A stretch of 64,000 nt of DNA. Origin: the human T2T-CHM13v2.0 reference genome, Homo sapiens. The notes under the pieces were generated by a model, which saw nothing but the letters and a program-made list of their open reading frames with translations, was not told where the DNA came from and did no database searches. Position numbers and translations under genes: made by a program. Shown here in pieces: positions 18,020-34,799 of this stretch. Numbering within the stretch: the first letter of the stretch is position 1; every line of letters begins with the position of its first letter. The stretch lies in assembly GCF_009914755.1 (NCBI RefSeq), contig NC_060939.1, one strand, 5' to 3'.

Positions 18020-18400
18020 ACTTAGGATGCTTTCAGCTTCAAGTAACAGAAAACTCCATCTCAAATTGACTCAACAATAAGGTTATTTATTATCTCATAT
18101 AACAAGAAATCCAGAAGAAGGGCAGCACTGGGGCTGGTTGATGACTGACTCAACAACAATATGGCTGACCCAGATTCATCGTATCTCTTTACAATGGCCA
18201 GAACTGGGTCACATGTCCACTCCTAAACTCTTACAGGCCAGTTAAGAGGATTCTATTCCTCTTGTCTATGATAGATTTGAGAGTGTACCTCTCAGAGGCT
18301 AATAGGGTCACCTTTCCTAATGTGTAAACACCCATATAGGCTTCTATAAAGAAGAAGAGGGTGGACTGAATGTTTAATAGACAACCAACAGTGTCTACTA
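18020..18400. mobile_element. Old MaLR LTR remnant (MLT1-type)
   Basis: ttaggatgctttcagcttcaagtaacagaaaac start resembles MLT1J/K. Confidence 0.5.
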
Positions 18401-20776
18401 CCTGTTCCTAATGAGGTGTGCTACATATTCCACTGTGAATAATTAAAATACTTCATTATAACTGCCACGTTGAACTTTTTTCCTTTCTGCCATTTGACAA
18501 TTACAGTCAATATATCAGCTTCCTCATTTACAGGAAGAAATGGCTACACAAAATGATATGTAAGGTCCCTTCCAGCTCCAGGAGTTCTGTTTCAGTTTTA
18601 CATTTTCATCTTCTAAAAAGCAAGTAGAAAAGTTAAACTTACAAGATATGGTCCAGAAATGATCATGGGTTTCAACTGATAAGTCATAGGCATATTGACA
18701 TCCTTTCTTCCTTAAGATAAGACATAGGCAATAGATTTAAAGAGCTAAACAGACTGGAACTGGTAATATCTTTCCATTAAGTTTTAACATTAGGTTAAAT
18801 GTTCTACTTCCCTCACTCATCCTTTAACACCTTCCAGCTTCCAACACTCATCATACAGACAGAGACTGATCAGAAGTTTCTTTTCACAACTCACTTTATT
18901 TTGGTGTCAGCATCCTCCTGGAGCATGGCTCTGGGGCTGTAGGATAGCTCTTGTATCTCTGCTTCGACTGCCGAACATGACTTTAACTTAAATCATTCCC
19001 CTGTCTGCTTCCTTTCATGGCTAGTTTCTGAAGGAATACTCTATTCGTTTTATCACATGCAGCCATTTTCCTCGTGCAGAACCACGGGAAACCAAAGAGA
19101 AATACTGTACACTACTGAGCACCTTTGCTACTCTTTCTTCCAATATGAATGAAATTGCTTTATTATTTTCAGCATATGCCTACTATCAGCTTTCTCTGGG
19201 AAAACTGCTGGCTCGATCCGTAAGCAGCCCTGTTCTTATTTAACAGAAGGCTATGACTGTAACAAATGTACAACATAAAAAAGTCAAAGGCATCCTGTCG
19301 GTTACACAGGACATTCGGAATAACAAATGTACAGGAAAACTTGGGAACATGACTTAAAGTAATTTGGTCACACCCCCATTTCATTTAACTCTTTCTGGCT
19401 CAGATTTGTCATTCTGACAGGAGGCCCAAGATATAGTCCATTACCACAATTGATCATAGAAACAACACTGGTCTCTCAGTCAGCAGCCACTGCGTGCCAG
19501 TGTTCATCATGCTAGTTCCCAGAGTTTTAGAGGATTAACTTTACTTTCTGGTTCAACCCATCTGCTGGGGAAGGTATGGCCCTATTTTGAAATGTGCAAA
19601 AGGGAGACAGTGCTGGGGGTGCCCACAGTGGAAGGAGAGAAGACAGGCTTACTGACCACCCCTATGACCTTGAATAAGTCACATCACCTCTCTGTGCCTC
19701 TTATTAACTATCATTGGGGAAAAATACCTTCACTCTGCCTGTCTCACAAGGGTTCTTGTAAAAATCAAATGAGAACACAAATAGGTAAGTATTTTCATAA
19801 ATGCAAACCAGTGTTATCATTTTCAGATGTGGAATTTCCTCTGCAGCACGTTTTTTTGGCCACACGATTACTGCACACCTCGTGCCAGACAGACTATAAA
19901 GCTGTTTCACCTCTTTTCACATTTTGCCTAAAATTTCATATAGAGATTACACCAGCCATGCTGCATCCATCCCTTTGGTTCATTTTCCTCCACTACATCT
20001 GTGAATGCAAATCCCACCATCATGTGAAACACTGCATAGCAGCAACTTGCAAAACTCAACGAACCTTAGACTGCCAAGATAAGTCCCATAAGCAAAGGTT
20101 ATGCTCAAAATATGCTGCAAAAGTTCAAGAAGGAGAGAGAGATCACATCTAATTAGAAAAGGCCTCTGGAAGTTAAATCTAGATGCCATGTATTTTCATA
20201 ATGTTGGTCTTTGTCCTATGTCACCCCACTCTGCTGTCATGCTTCAGAAACTTGACTTTATTTTCTCTATCTTTGGAGCTCTCAAGAACCTGGCAGACAG
20301 AACATCTCAGGGTATATTCAGGGATGAAGTGAACGGGCTCAACGACTAACAAACCCAGTGGATTTTAACATTTACCCAGCCCAACGAGGTCCAACTATCT
20401 TTAGGTTAGCACGACATATAGGACTTTCCCGGCCCAAGAACTCCCTCGGAAACCCCAAGGAAGGAACTTTCACTGAGTATGCACTAAGTGCCAGATCCTA
20501 AGTGCTATGGGTCGCTTAATCCTCACAACACTTTTTCAAGCTTGAAGCCTGTTTTACAGATGAGGACGCGAAGGCTCAGACAGGCTAAGTTGTCCGGTCT
20601 CACCTCAGTGAAGCCGCCACTGCGCTTGGGCTCTCTAGCCCCTCACGCCATCACCCTAGAGCCTTGCTAACTTCCACCTCGCTTACCTCCTTCCCTCCCT
20701 AGGCTGCCAACCCAACTACTCTCTCCTCCCACGCCCACGCCCAGCCAGGAAAACCTGGGGCGGGCGGGGTCTGTAC

Positions 20777-20960
20777 CTGAGACCGCTCTCAACGCGGCTT
20801 CCGTGTCAGGATGCTCGCTCACAGGAATGCTCATCACAGGCTTGAAAGCCTTTGCCATCCACGCTCTCCGGAGCCCCGAGCGTCTCCAAAGAGCCTGCCC
20901 AGGCTTCTCCCCGACCCAGGTGCTTCCTCCCCTGCAGAGCTGTGGCGGGGTTCAGACCCC
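20777..20960 (-). other. LYSMD2: Putative alternative non-coding first exon of LYSMD2 (5' end approximate)
   Basis: Minus-strand donor TCAG|GTACAG at 20777/20776 (second candidate GGAG|GTAAGC at 20687); recalled existence of a distal LYSMD2 first exon next to TMOD2. Confidence 0.55.
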
Positions 20961-21035
20961 GATTCCGGGAGAGGACACCTGTCGGGGAAGGGCGGGGCTG
21001 GGGGACTGCGGGGCCGCGGCGAGGCTCAGCCGGGA

Positions 21036-21054
21036 ACTACGCTTCCCAGCCTGC
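21036..21054 (+). promoter_or_regulatory. ZNF143/THAP11 (ACTACAnnTCCCAG-type) motif
   Basis: ACTACGCTTCCCAGCCTGC resembles ACTACAATTCCCAGnnTGC. Confidence 0.6.
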
Positions 21055-21109
21055 TCCGCTGCAGCCGCGCGCCCCGGCGCCGCGCCCGGCCGGGAGCCGC
21101 CTGTTGATC

Positions 21110-21218
21110 GCCGCGCTCGCCCCGGCCACGGCGCCGCCCCTGTTCTCCCGGCCCCGCTCCACCGGGGCTGACGGACTGACGGCCAACACAGCCGGCTCCG
21201 GGATGAGCGCACGGACGG
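21110..21218 (+). other. TMOD2: TMOD2 non-coding exon 1 (TSS approximate)
   Basis: Donor CGG|GTGAGC at 21218/21219 inside the CpG island; exon 2 begins with an acceptor so an upstream exon is required. Confidence 0.75.
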
Positions 21219-22619
21219 GTGAGCGCCCCGGGGGGCGGGTGGGGCCTGTTCTGGACAGCCGGTGTCTGCAGCCCCCGGGCCCGCAGCGCGGTGGCCGCCG
21301 TGCCCTCCCTGCCCGCGGGAGGATGCTCCGCGACATGGGCGGTCGGCCGGGCGGGCGTGCAGAGCCGGGCCGCCTCTCGCCTCTCGCCTCCCGGCCCGGT
21401 CGGCTGCGCCGGGAGACCAGGCGCTGCGCCCGGGCGGGAGGCGCCCGCCGGGGTGTGAGTCCCGCGCCCCGCACTGCGGTGCCGCAGCCTCTGCAGCCCG
21501 CTGGGCCGCAGCGGGGAGGGCGCGGTCTCCTGTCCTCCCGGGCTGCGGGGCTGTGTTCTTCCACTCCGGGCTTTGTTCCCCCACTTTTCCCCTTCCTGTG
21601 CATGTTTGGTGAGCTCCTGGAGCGGTATGCATCTCCCTGCCTCGTTCAGCAGGCGATGGGGAGGGGTGGACTGGCCGGCGTCTTTCCTGAGATCGCTGGA
21701 GCTGTCACTCGCAGGGCGTTTCAGCCTCCCAGTAAGCGGCCTCGTGCGGATCCTCGAGAACCTTATTATTATTGTTATTACTTTTCTGGTTAAAGTAATT
21801 GTAGTATGTGCTCCCTTGAGGCTTCCTAAATGTTCCCTGTTGACCTGCGGAAATGAAGGTGGATTTTTAAAACAGTAATAAAAGGCTTCTAATGGGAATT
21901 TTTAGAGTATTCAGAGGTAGGAAGGTGATGCCGTCACAATGCAAATTAGCAGTGAAGGAGGCCGTGCTTACTGCAGCTTCGTCTGTGCCCATTACATATC
22001 TGAATCACGAGGCATTTAGGACGGGAATGAAAAGAAGATCGGGGGAGGTGTTTTAAAAACCAGGTTCTCCTCTTAGCTTGACCATTCAGGAGCTGAGGGA
22101 CCTGGGCAAGTCCCTCCACCTCTCTGGGCCTCTGCATGTAAAGGGGCGTTTGGGCTAAATGATTTGTAAACCTCTGTTCTTCCAAGATTCTCCCCTCTCA
22201 GGGAACTGAAAAGATGAGAGTGTTTCTGTTTAACAGCACTACAAAAAGCCTAATTGTGACAACAAGCGCCTCTACCCTAGTGAGGAGGAAAGATTTTTCA
22301 GAGCTTCAGCAATCTGATTTTTTTTTAAAAATAAAACTGATTTTCTCGATCGACTCTCTTCAGTCTAACCCAATAAATACGCATTGCAATCATTTTAATT
22401 TTTGTAAGGTACTGTACATTGGTGGGCAACAAAATGATGGGGTTTGTTTTTGTCTTTAATTTGCTGAAGGTGAAGTGATGGGATCAGCAGATAAAGGATT
22501 AGTGGCTCCCTAGGGCTGGGCACGAGTGGTCAAATGTGGTCAGCATGGAGGTCGGGGAGGAAGCCCCAGCAAGAAGTAACCAGAATGTATATACACAGAA
22601 AAGAGAAGTTGCGTACTGA

Positions 22620-23420
22620 TGGATCATTGTTTGAAAAAGAAATATGCAATAGAAGGAATGAGAGAATCAGGAACTCAGCGCTCTGCAAACCTAACATAAC
22701 AGTTGAATAAGGCAAGGACTTACCAACTGGTCCAAAACCTTTGAGTGAAAGGTGGTTGGGGAATAGGATTTTCATATTATTTCAAAGTATCTCACCACAG
22801 TTTACTCTGGGAAAATTTGTCCTTACAATGGAGAAATTAGGAGGTCACCACTGGAACCAAATGACCAAGTTTAGCAGCATCTACTGCGAGTCTCCCGTTG
22901 TGAAGCAATAAGGAGGCATAATTTCACCTCTGTAGTGTTCCTGCAAAAAGACTTGGCGATGGGGCAGAGCAAATGGGAGCAACTATTGTAGGTTAAAATA
23001 CTCAAGTGATACAATAGTGAATTGGGATGTGTGAACTTTGAATCCTAGATGCAAAAAAAAAAGCTATAAAAGACAATTTGGAGATAGTTGGGGATGTTTG
23101 AATATGGATTGCATGTTAGATGATATTATGGAATTGGTGTTAATTTTCTTAGGTGCAATAATAGTTCATTCTTGTGGTTACCTAGACCAGACAATCCTTA
23201 TTCTTTGGAGATGTGGATATTGGAGGTGAAGTGTCATGACATCTGCAACTTTCAGCTGTGTCAGAAAAAAAAAAAAAAGGATAGGGGTAGCAGAACAAGT
23301 TCAGGAACGTAGCAAATGTGGCAGAATGATGACGGTTGGTGAATCAAGAAGAAAACAAATGTTTATTGTACTATTCTTTTAACTTTTCTATAGATTTGAA
23401 CTTTAAGAAATGGGGAAGTC
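22620..23420 (+). mobile_element. L1ME-type 3' end
   Basis: tgaatatggattgcatgttagatgatattatggaatt and tattgtactattctttttaacttttct motifs. Confidence 0.6.
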
Positions 23421-26400
23421 AATAAAATAAATAAGCGAATAAAGAGAAAGTGTTGTAGAAGACGAGGGTGGTTCGTGACAAACAGCTGCAGTGAATCTGT
23501 GGGGAATTTCTTGGCTTCACCTTCCCAAAATTGAAATCACCTATTGGAGGTGTGAGTGGGGGGGACGGGGGGTTGGTGTTCCCATTTTTGGTTTATCTTG
23601 GCTACTCTCAATCATTTATGCTTAAGTACCCCATCCTCTAGCTTCAACTTCAAAGTATTAGTAATTCCCCATACCTAAGAAATTCTAGCCCTACCCAAGA
23701 ACCATCCCGAAAGTGCTGTCCCTTTCCTCTCTGTGTCCGAGATCTGTGTCAGTGTGTAAGGAAGTTTGAGAACATAGGCAGTGGTTCATTTTATTTTGGG
23801 TTAGGGTAGTGTTGGGGGAAAAATGATTTAGCTTTGTGATAGGATAGAAGTTTTGGGGTTTCCTCTCATTCCCTTGTGTGTAAATCATATACAACCAAAT
23901 GTTTTCCTTATAGACTTTAAGTGGTTCAAAGAGGTTCATAGAAGGCATGTGCAGAAGAGACTTCCTGTTACCAGACCACGAAAACAGAATCAACTCTTAC
24001 AACACTTAATCTCTTACACGGGATCCCTTGCTGCAAAGATATTTTTGCTTTACCTGGATTATATGTGTTTATGTATACATGAAAATACTAATTTAAAGTA
24101 TACATATTTACTTGCATGAATGTCTGTGTGTACTTGTGAATCTCTCAGTCAGTATTCCCCAAAATACATAGAATGTTAATGGGTTACAAGAAAAAGAAAT
24201 TGCCTAGCCAGATGTGGAAAACACTAAACAAAGCTGGACAAGTTGGTTTATTCTTGACTTTTCAGAGCCTTTCATGGGTTAATGATCATTGTATATGGGG
24301 ATGTAAATGGGGTGGGAATGTCCATAGGATGTGATATGTAATGTTTCCCAAACTGTGTGCAAAAATAAAAAATGAAAAATATCTTGAGGGGCTATCGTTA
24401 CATGGAACCACCTTTGAGAAACTGCCTTTAATGCATTTTTGAGTGAAAGGTCAGGACATATGATTAAATGTGTAAGTTGTAAGTATTTGTGCTTCACATT
24501 ACTTACAGATTAGAATTCAAATTTCAGTTTCTGGTTTTAATGGATCATAACAGTTTGACCCCAGTCTACTTTTTCATCCTAAATTTCCTAACTTTCTTCC
24601 TATAAATTCTCCTGCTTAGTCCTTTGTTGTATACTATGAACCATTTTTATTTTCAGCACACCAAAAAGTCAATTCTACGTAACTTTAAGGCTTCGTGGTT
24701 GTGTAAAATGAGATGCGCTCTTCTGCTATGGCTCTTCCATGGACTGAAATAGCCACCTTTCCTCCCAAAGCCATTTTGAGTTCCTTGGCCTTGGTCCCAT
24801 GTTTCAGCACAACCTTCCTTAAAGCTGTGATTTCTTGCTATTTCTGCTTTTATGATTTGCCATCCTGTTTTGGCATCAAGGCTGCCCCACTAATTACCTC
24901 TTTCACATGTGTCATCACTATTCCTAGGTTCCCCTGGTGAGAGCTAGGTAGGGTGGGGATGAGAAAGTCAACTCCAGGACTGTGAGTGGCAGGAGCTCAC
25001 AAAATAGGGCACAAGGCCAGCCATGCCAAGCCTGGACATGAGGAGAAAGGAGACAAGCTGGGGCACAAGCCCTAAGAAAGGACCAGGAGGTCCCTCATCA
25101 GAGTGGTTAGAGGAGTGTGGAGTCCAGTGAGCTGGGCTGCTATTCAAGCGGTGTGCATGGGGACAACTGTCCTCATTGTTGATAAACAACCATTCTGACT
25201 GGGCAGTGTCCCTTCTATACCAGTTGCTAAATGTTTTGCACATCATCTAGGTAAGCACTCACAAGTCAGGGTGCATACAGCATCCATAAGTCATTACAAA
25301 ACCTGGATCAAAACCTAGCTGGTATAAAATGCCAAAGAAAGAGACAAGATGAGTGAGTCAAAGACCACATAAGCAAGCAGAAGAAAGGAGGGCACATGAA
25401 TCAAAGGACAAAAAGCAGGAAACCCGGTGCCAATCAGGAAGTTAGAAGAAGCCCATAAGTTCCCAAAGGCAAGAGGAAGGACGTGGTTAAAAGCAACAGG
25501 CAGTTAAAACCCAGAAAGGCGCAGATCTCCAAGTGGAAGGCAAGGAGATAAATAGAGGTGAAGCAAGAGGAACTCCTCTAAAAACAGAAAAGAAGGCCAA
25601 ACACAGGGACAAGACAACAGCGGGAAATAGGACCTGCCATGAGAATTAGAAACCAAGAGGCAGGCTGGGCAGACAGCAAGACTTTTTGGCTTTTTGACTG
25701 CTTCCTACCCAGGTGGAAATCTATCTCATAGCTTGGCTAGCTTACACTATGGTGGCTTTCTACACCTGGCAATGCTGACCCGCAGCTCTTACAGGTTTTG
25801 CCTCTTTATATTCAGCAGATCTTGATGGGGAAAACAGAGGGAAAGAACACCTAAAACACGAGATTATTCCACAACCAAGGACGAAAGAGAAATAGCTTTG
25901 ACTGAGGGCTTGCGCTTGCTAGACACTGCGCCTAATATGTACATGGTCACCTTAAGTGTCACCTCAGCCTTCTGAGATAAGTACTGTTCTTTGCATGTTT
26001 TACTGAGGAAGGACCAGAGGTTTGGAGAGGTTGTCACTGCACACATATCTGCACCATCAGACCTTGGGTTGGTTAACTCCAAGGCCCGTGCTTTTAGTCT
26101 TCTGTGTTCTTCTAACCTTGGACAGGAGCAGTCACTAGTGGGCACCTTGTTTTTCAAGTATGATTTAATCTTTGGCAAGTTTGTGTTGTAAGATTGGGAA
26201 ATACGAGCTCTGCATTCTAGTAAGATCTGTTCCTCTTTCCTCTTTCAGCTTGTTCCTTCCCATTGCCGTACCATATTTCAGACTGAGACTTCTCCTTATC
26301 CCGCCTCATTCTGTCCTTCATCCTCTGCAAGTATTTCCCAGAATATATAGAAGTCTTTTAGTTGTTTAAAATAAAACAAACTTAATTGGCCCATCTTCAA

Positions 26401-26576
26401 ATAGCTACATTACAAAACAGGCGGTTGCTGTGTTATATTTGCCCAGCAGCCAGAAATGAATTAAATATCTAAGATCAATTCATGTTTTGTTGGAGGATAC
26501 ATTGATATGCAGATTCTGTTCTAATTTACTAGTTTTAGAAAATGTGGATTTGGTTCTGGTGCAAATCGGTGCACTA

Positions 26577-26981
<405 letters not shown>

Positions 26982-27369
26982 TTATTTAAGGGCCCAAGTC
27001 ATGCTTCCATCAGCTCAAGTCTTTAATCCTATTTTCTGTTTTCCTAACTGGCTCCTGTACTTGCCCACCAGGACTCCTGGAAGCCTTGTTAGGCATTTGC
27101 TTCACTCCAGCATGTACATTAGCATCGTATTGCATGTTAAATGCTTGCCATGGGACAGACACACCACTGGAGGGGAGGCTGTAGCAGTGCTTGCTAACTT
27201 CCCACGGCAGCATTGCTAACAGGACGGAAGACAAATGGGAGCCCTTGGGCAGCCTTGGTGGGGGCAAAAGCAGACCAGCCATGAGCTGGAAAAGCTTTGA
27301 TTTGACTTTAAAAGCTATGAGAATACTGCATTCTTCTCCACAGTATTTCTATATTTGCTTTTTAAAAAT

Positions 27370-27610
27370 ACAGCCTGGGCAATGTAGCGAGACCCTATCT
27401 CTACAAAAAATTTAAAAACTAGCTGAGTATAGTGGGACATACCTGTAGTCTCAGCTGGGGTCAAAGGAGGTGGGGGGAATACTGAGGCAAGAGGTTCACT
27501 TAAGCTCAGGAGTACAAGGCTGCAGTGAGCTATGATCACATCATTGCACTCCAGCCTGGGGAACAGAGTGAGACCCTATTTCTAATAATAATAATAATAA
27601 TAATAATAAC
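27370..27610 (+). mobile_element. Truncated AluJ with (TAA)n tail
   Basis: Right-arm Alu sequence. Confidence 0.8.
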
Positions 27611-28029
27611 TAGCTTTTCCCCAAATCTTCAGATCAAAGTTGTGCTCCAGGAGGATGCAAGTTTTTTTTTTCTCCTCTGACTTTGAGATCCCCTGGTACA
27701 TTGACACAACATAGGCAATTTGTTTTAACAGCTACTGTTACATAGTATGAACATGTTATTTTAATTAATTAATGTATTTTCCTACTGAAGTATGACATGG
27801 CACTTATTTTCTGGGAGTTTGTAGTGTAGCTGGAGAGAGAACCATACATGCAACATACATGAAAAGATAGCAAGATATGTCAAATTGGTGATGTAGGCAT
27901 ACAAATTTAGAGGAAGGGGCAACTTCTGTGGGCTTAGATGATCTCAGAAAGCTCCATCACAGGGAGAGGAAGCAGTGGATAGAGTGGAATGAGCTCTGGA
28001 CCTGTGGGTTCATTTGAACTCATTTCTTT

Positions 28030-29070
28030 CACATGACATTTGTTACACAATATTTATTGGATACCTACTTCAGATCAAGAACTGTGCTGGGAGTCAGGAT
28101 TTTATCAGTGAATAAAACTCATACAGTCCCCCTCCCTCACAGAGATTAGCAAGGAAAATAGAGATAAAGCAAGTAGTTGTAATAAAGCCAAGAACAGATG
28201 TGATTAAAGGGGTAGCATGGAGATGGGGAGTGACCCAGACCTTGTCTCCAGGTCCAAACAAGGCTTCCCTGAAGAAGTGAAGCTTGCATGAGACCAGGGG
28301 ATGAGTAGGATAGCAGTCAGCCAGAGGGGAGTGGGGTGAGAGTGTTCTGAGCAGAGAGAACAACATAAGGCATGATCCAGGCATTGGAATTGGGCCAGGA
28401 GGCTGGAGCCAGGAGGAGATGGGGAGTGCAGCACAGGATGAGGCTGACGAAGATGACAGAAGACAGACTGAATTTGAACCTTATCCTCAAGGCAGCAGAA
28501 GCCACTGGAGGATTTTAAGTAACTAGAGAAGAGTTGTTTAACTCTGTGCTCACTTTGGCCATTTGTATGGCGAATGGATCAGGAAGGGATAGGGTTGAAT
28601 GTGGACAATGCAGATGAGTGAAGTGGGTGGATTCTCAACACGTTTAGGTAAGGACAGGATTTGGTGATTGATGGCTGGAAAAGAGACGAGAGAGAGAAGA
28701 TGTAAGGATGGCTCCCTGGTTTTTCGGCCAATTTCCTGAAATGGGAGATTCTGGAGGAGGAAAGATGATGAGAGCACTTCTGACATATTTGAGGTGTCTG
28801 AGGCAGCCAAGGAGAGATGTGAATTAGGCAGATGGAAATATAGGGGCCTAACCCTCAGGAAAAAAGTCTAGGATGAAGATACAGATTTTGGAATCTCCTG
28901 GATATATATTATAATTAAAATTTTGGAGGCAGATGAGTTCCTCCAGAGAGAATATGTAGTATGGAAATAGAAGAATTTATAAGATGAGACCTTGAAGAAT
29001 GCCAGTATTTAAGGTGGAGGAAGAAGAATTGCTAAAAGAGACCAAAAAGAAATGGTCAGAGAAATAGAAG
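28030..29070 (-). mobile_element. L2 fragment
   Basis: aatatttattg...cctact, aggcttccctgaagaagtga, gagccactggaggattttaag-type motifs. Confidence 0.7.
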
Positions 29071-29224
29071 AAAAACCATCTATGTTGCTGGATTGAGCAA
29101 TCTTTAAGGACTCTTTCAGCTCTGACATTCTGTGGTCCTGCAGAACTGGGATCTGAGCCAGGTCTCAAGAGCAGAGCGCATAGATAGGCCATGAGAATAG
29201 AGAACAGCATTCCAAGTAATATTA

Positions 29225-29620
29225 ATGTATCAGCCAGCATCCCAACAAGAAACGGGATACACTCGAGTAACTTGAGAAAAATTTAATAAAGAGGCTATTT
29301 ACAAAGATGGGGGGAGGATTTAGGGAATCCAACAAGGCAGAACTCTGGCACCAGCTGCACAAGGAACCCTTACCACCCAAGGCCTGAGGCCAGCCAGGGG
29401 CAGGCAGCTGTATGGAGAGGGCTGCCTCTTGGGAGATGTGACCTTCTGGACCCAATCTCCCCCTCCCCTGCTCTCCAGTTTCCTGCTAGTGCCCCCTGTG
29501 GGCCAAACAGAAGCCAGACAGAAAGGGAACCCATTGATACAGTCTAAATAGATCATCTTCCTGGAGCACAGAGCAGCAGGGGAGTGGATGTGGAGGTGCA
29601 AACAGAAGACAGCCAGAACA
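29225..29620 (-). mobile_element. ERVL LTR (LTR33-like)
   Basis: ggccaaacagaagccaga...gggaacccattgat...ggagcacagagcag resemblance. Confidence 0.5.
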
Positions 29621-29656
29621 ATCATCCTGGAAAATGGAAGTATTTGGGTAAGAGGG

Positions 29657-30440
<784 letters not shown>

Positions 30441-30945
30441 GAGCAAATAAGCCATTTTAGCTGAAGTGGGCTCCCCAGGAAAGTAACGAGAGAGAAAACA
30501 GGAAGTGCAGGTTAAAGCCAAATCATGGGAGCTTTGGAGCTAGATTGTCTGGATTTCATTCTGTGGACAAGAGGGAGCCATTGTAAGTTCTTAACCAGGG
30601 AAGTGGCTTGTTAGCAGTGTTGAGAAAAATGATCCAATTATAGTGTTCTGGGTAGCTTACAGGGAAAAACAGAAATCTTTCAAGATGCAATCAGAGTAGT
30701 GCAGGTATGAAGGAACAAAAGGCTGAAACAAGAGTGAAAAGAAGGGGTGGTGTGAAAAATGTGCAATAAGGACCTGCAGGAGGTGCTGACCGGCTGGACT
30801 CAGAAAAAAAAGTGGGAGAGTCTGAAGCTGGTCTGAGTGTTGGGAGTGTCTGACTGGTAGATTAATCTAGACGGCAACTCTGTTTAGAGAAAAATTGGGA
30901 GTTTAGGTTTAGTTAGAGAATCCAGCAATAGAAATCCAAATAGAG

Positions 30946-31975
<1,030 letters not shown>

Positions 31976-32024
31976 TTTTTACTTTATTGAAAGAGCTGTT
32001 TTCGACTTCCACATAGGTTTTTTG

Positions 32025-32830
<806 letters not shown>

Positions 32831-33634
32831 AAAATCATATATCTCTCCTGTGCATACATTAAAAGGGGAAATGTAAGTGAAATGCATTCATTAGTTGATA
32901 TTCTTAAAACTTCTTCACACTCAGAGTCCAACATTTTAGATCACTATTTTACTTATCCATATCTGGTTCTTTTCCACATAATAATTTCCTCTGTGCCATC
33001 GAGTGGTAATTTAAAAAATCTGTAAAAAAACAAAACTAAAACTAAAAGCCATTGAACTGGGCACTTAAACTCACTCTGTAATTATGTGGAACTGTCCTAA
33101 TCTGGGCCTCTCTTCAGGAGTGCTGCTAAACATACCTGCATTGTCACCTCCCCACGATTGTCTGCTTTCTAAATTTTAAAAGAGTATTCCACAGTTGTCC
33201 CTGGGATTTCCTTCCAAGACCTTTACATCCACTCTGCTAGTTTTGAAGTTGGTGCTTTTGATATTTAGGTATATACAAGCAATGACAAGTACATTTTTAC
33301 TGCTGCTGGGACAACAGTAATTGTAGGACACCATGAATTCTAAGACACATCTCAATTTCAGAATGTTAAATGTGGCAAAGTATGCATTTTAGAATCCATT
33401 AAGTAGGGTGCTTCAACCAATTCATTTGATGGATAAGGGCCTGGAAGATGCCATCCTTGTCCTGTGTGATGCAGTAAGTTAGTGGTAGCTGGCACCAGAA
33501 CAAAGTGTATAGGATCCAATTGGTTTCTCTGACTTTAGTAGAATTTTTGTTTGTTTATTTACTAGAATATAGTCATTAAAGATTTAAAAAAAAAAAGGAG
33601 GGCTGGGAGACCTCATCTCTACAAAAAAAAATTA

Positions 33635-33808
<174 letters not shown>

Positions 33809-34511
33809 CTATCTCTAAATTAATAAATAAGAAGCTGAGCTAATGGAAAAGAGCGTTGCATTGCATGTGAAAGGGGTATCGACACAGAAACCACAAACCT
33901 GAACATTGTGAGCCGTTGAATTCACAAAGGAAAGGGAACACTATTCCAATAGCCCTTAAGAGGCCCACCTGCAGCCAGTCTCGTTCCATGCCAACTCATT
34001 CTTCATTCTTATGATTTGAACTCATAAAAAAAGATTGGCGTGCTCAGATCACTCCCCTACTTTAAGAAGCTGTGGTGGCTTGCCATTCCCAACAGAATAA
34101 AGTTCAGGTCCCTTAGCAAGGCGCAGAAGGAAGGCCCTTCACAGATGTCCCACCCTCGTCTTTAGTTCTTTCCTCTCCCTTCCTCCATGAATCCCCCTCT
34201 GTAGCCATGCCGCCTGCTCTACCAGCATATCATTTACTGTCTTATCCTGTACCCCTTTGTGCTGTTCCCTTTTCCTAGAATGACACTTGCCCATTCATGT
34301 CCACCTTATGACCTCCTCCTTCAATGTTCAAACACAGCCTCTTTTTCACAGTTTCCCCTCAAACTTCCCCCACTTACTCAGTGATTATTTCCCCATGTGT
34401 TTTCAAACCTACTTTTTACATTATGTCTAATACTTACGGCATTATTGCTGTTTGTGTGAGAGTCTCACTAAGCTGTGATCTTGGGGAGAGGGGGCATTTT
34501 GATAAATATAA

Positions 34512-34799
34512 TTTTTTTTTTGAGAGAGTCTCACTCTGTCACCCAGGCTGGAGTGCAGTGATGCCATCTCAGCACTGCAACCTCTGCCTCCCGGGTTCAA
34601 GCAATTCTCCTGCCTCAGCCTCCCGACTAGCTGGGACTACAGGCACATGCCACCACACCCAGCTAATTTTTGTATTTTTAGTAGAGATGGGGTTTCACCA
34701 TATTGGTCAGGCTGGTCTCAAACTCCTGACCTCAGGTGATCCACCTGCCTTGGCCTTCCAAAGTGCTGGGATTACAGGCGTGAGCCAACGTTCCTGGCC
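34512..34799 (-). mobile_element. AluS within L2, flanked by ~108-bp direct repeat
   Basis: Reverse Alu; flanking repeat at 34390-34497 and 34800-34910. Confidence 0.92.

Larger units (their letters stand above)
20750..21760. promoter_or_regulatory. CpG island, likely bidirectional TMOD2 / alternative LYSMD2 promoter
   Basis: High CpG density, GC boxes (GGGCGGGG ~20990), ZNF143/THAP11-like motif, splice donors facing both directions. Confidence 0.85.

Noticed and set aside
19592-20152. 186-aa plus-strand ORF
   Set aside because: Partly MIR-derived, no recognisable domain or splice support
20803-21793. 313-aa and other ORFs at the TMOD2 promoter
   Set aside because: Low-complexity Pro/Gly/Arg/Ala translation of a CpG island that runs through the exon 1 donor
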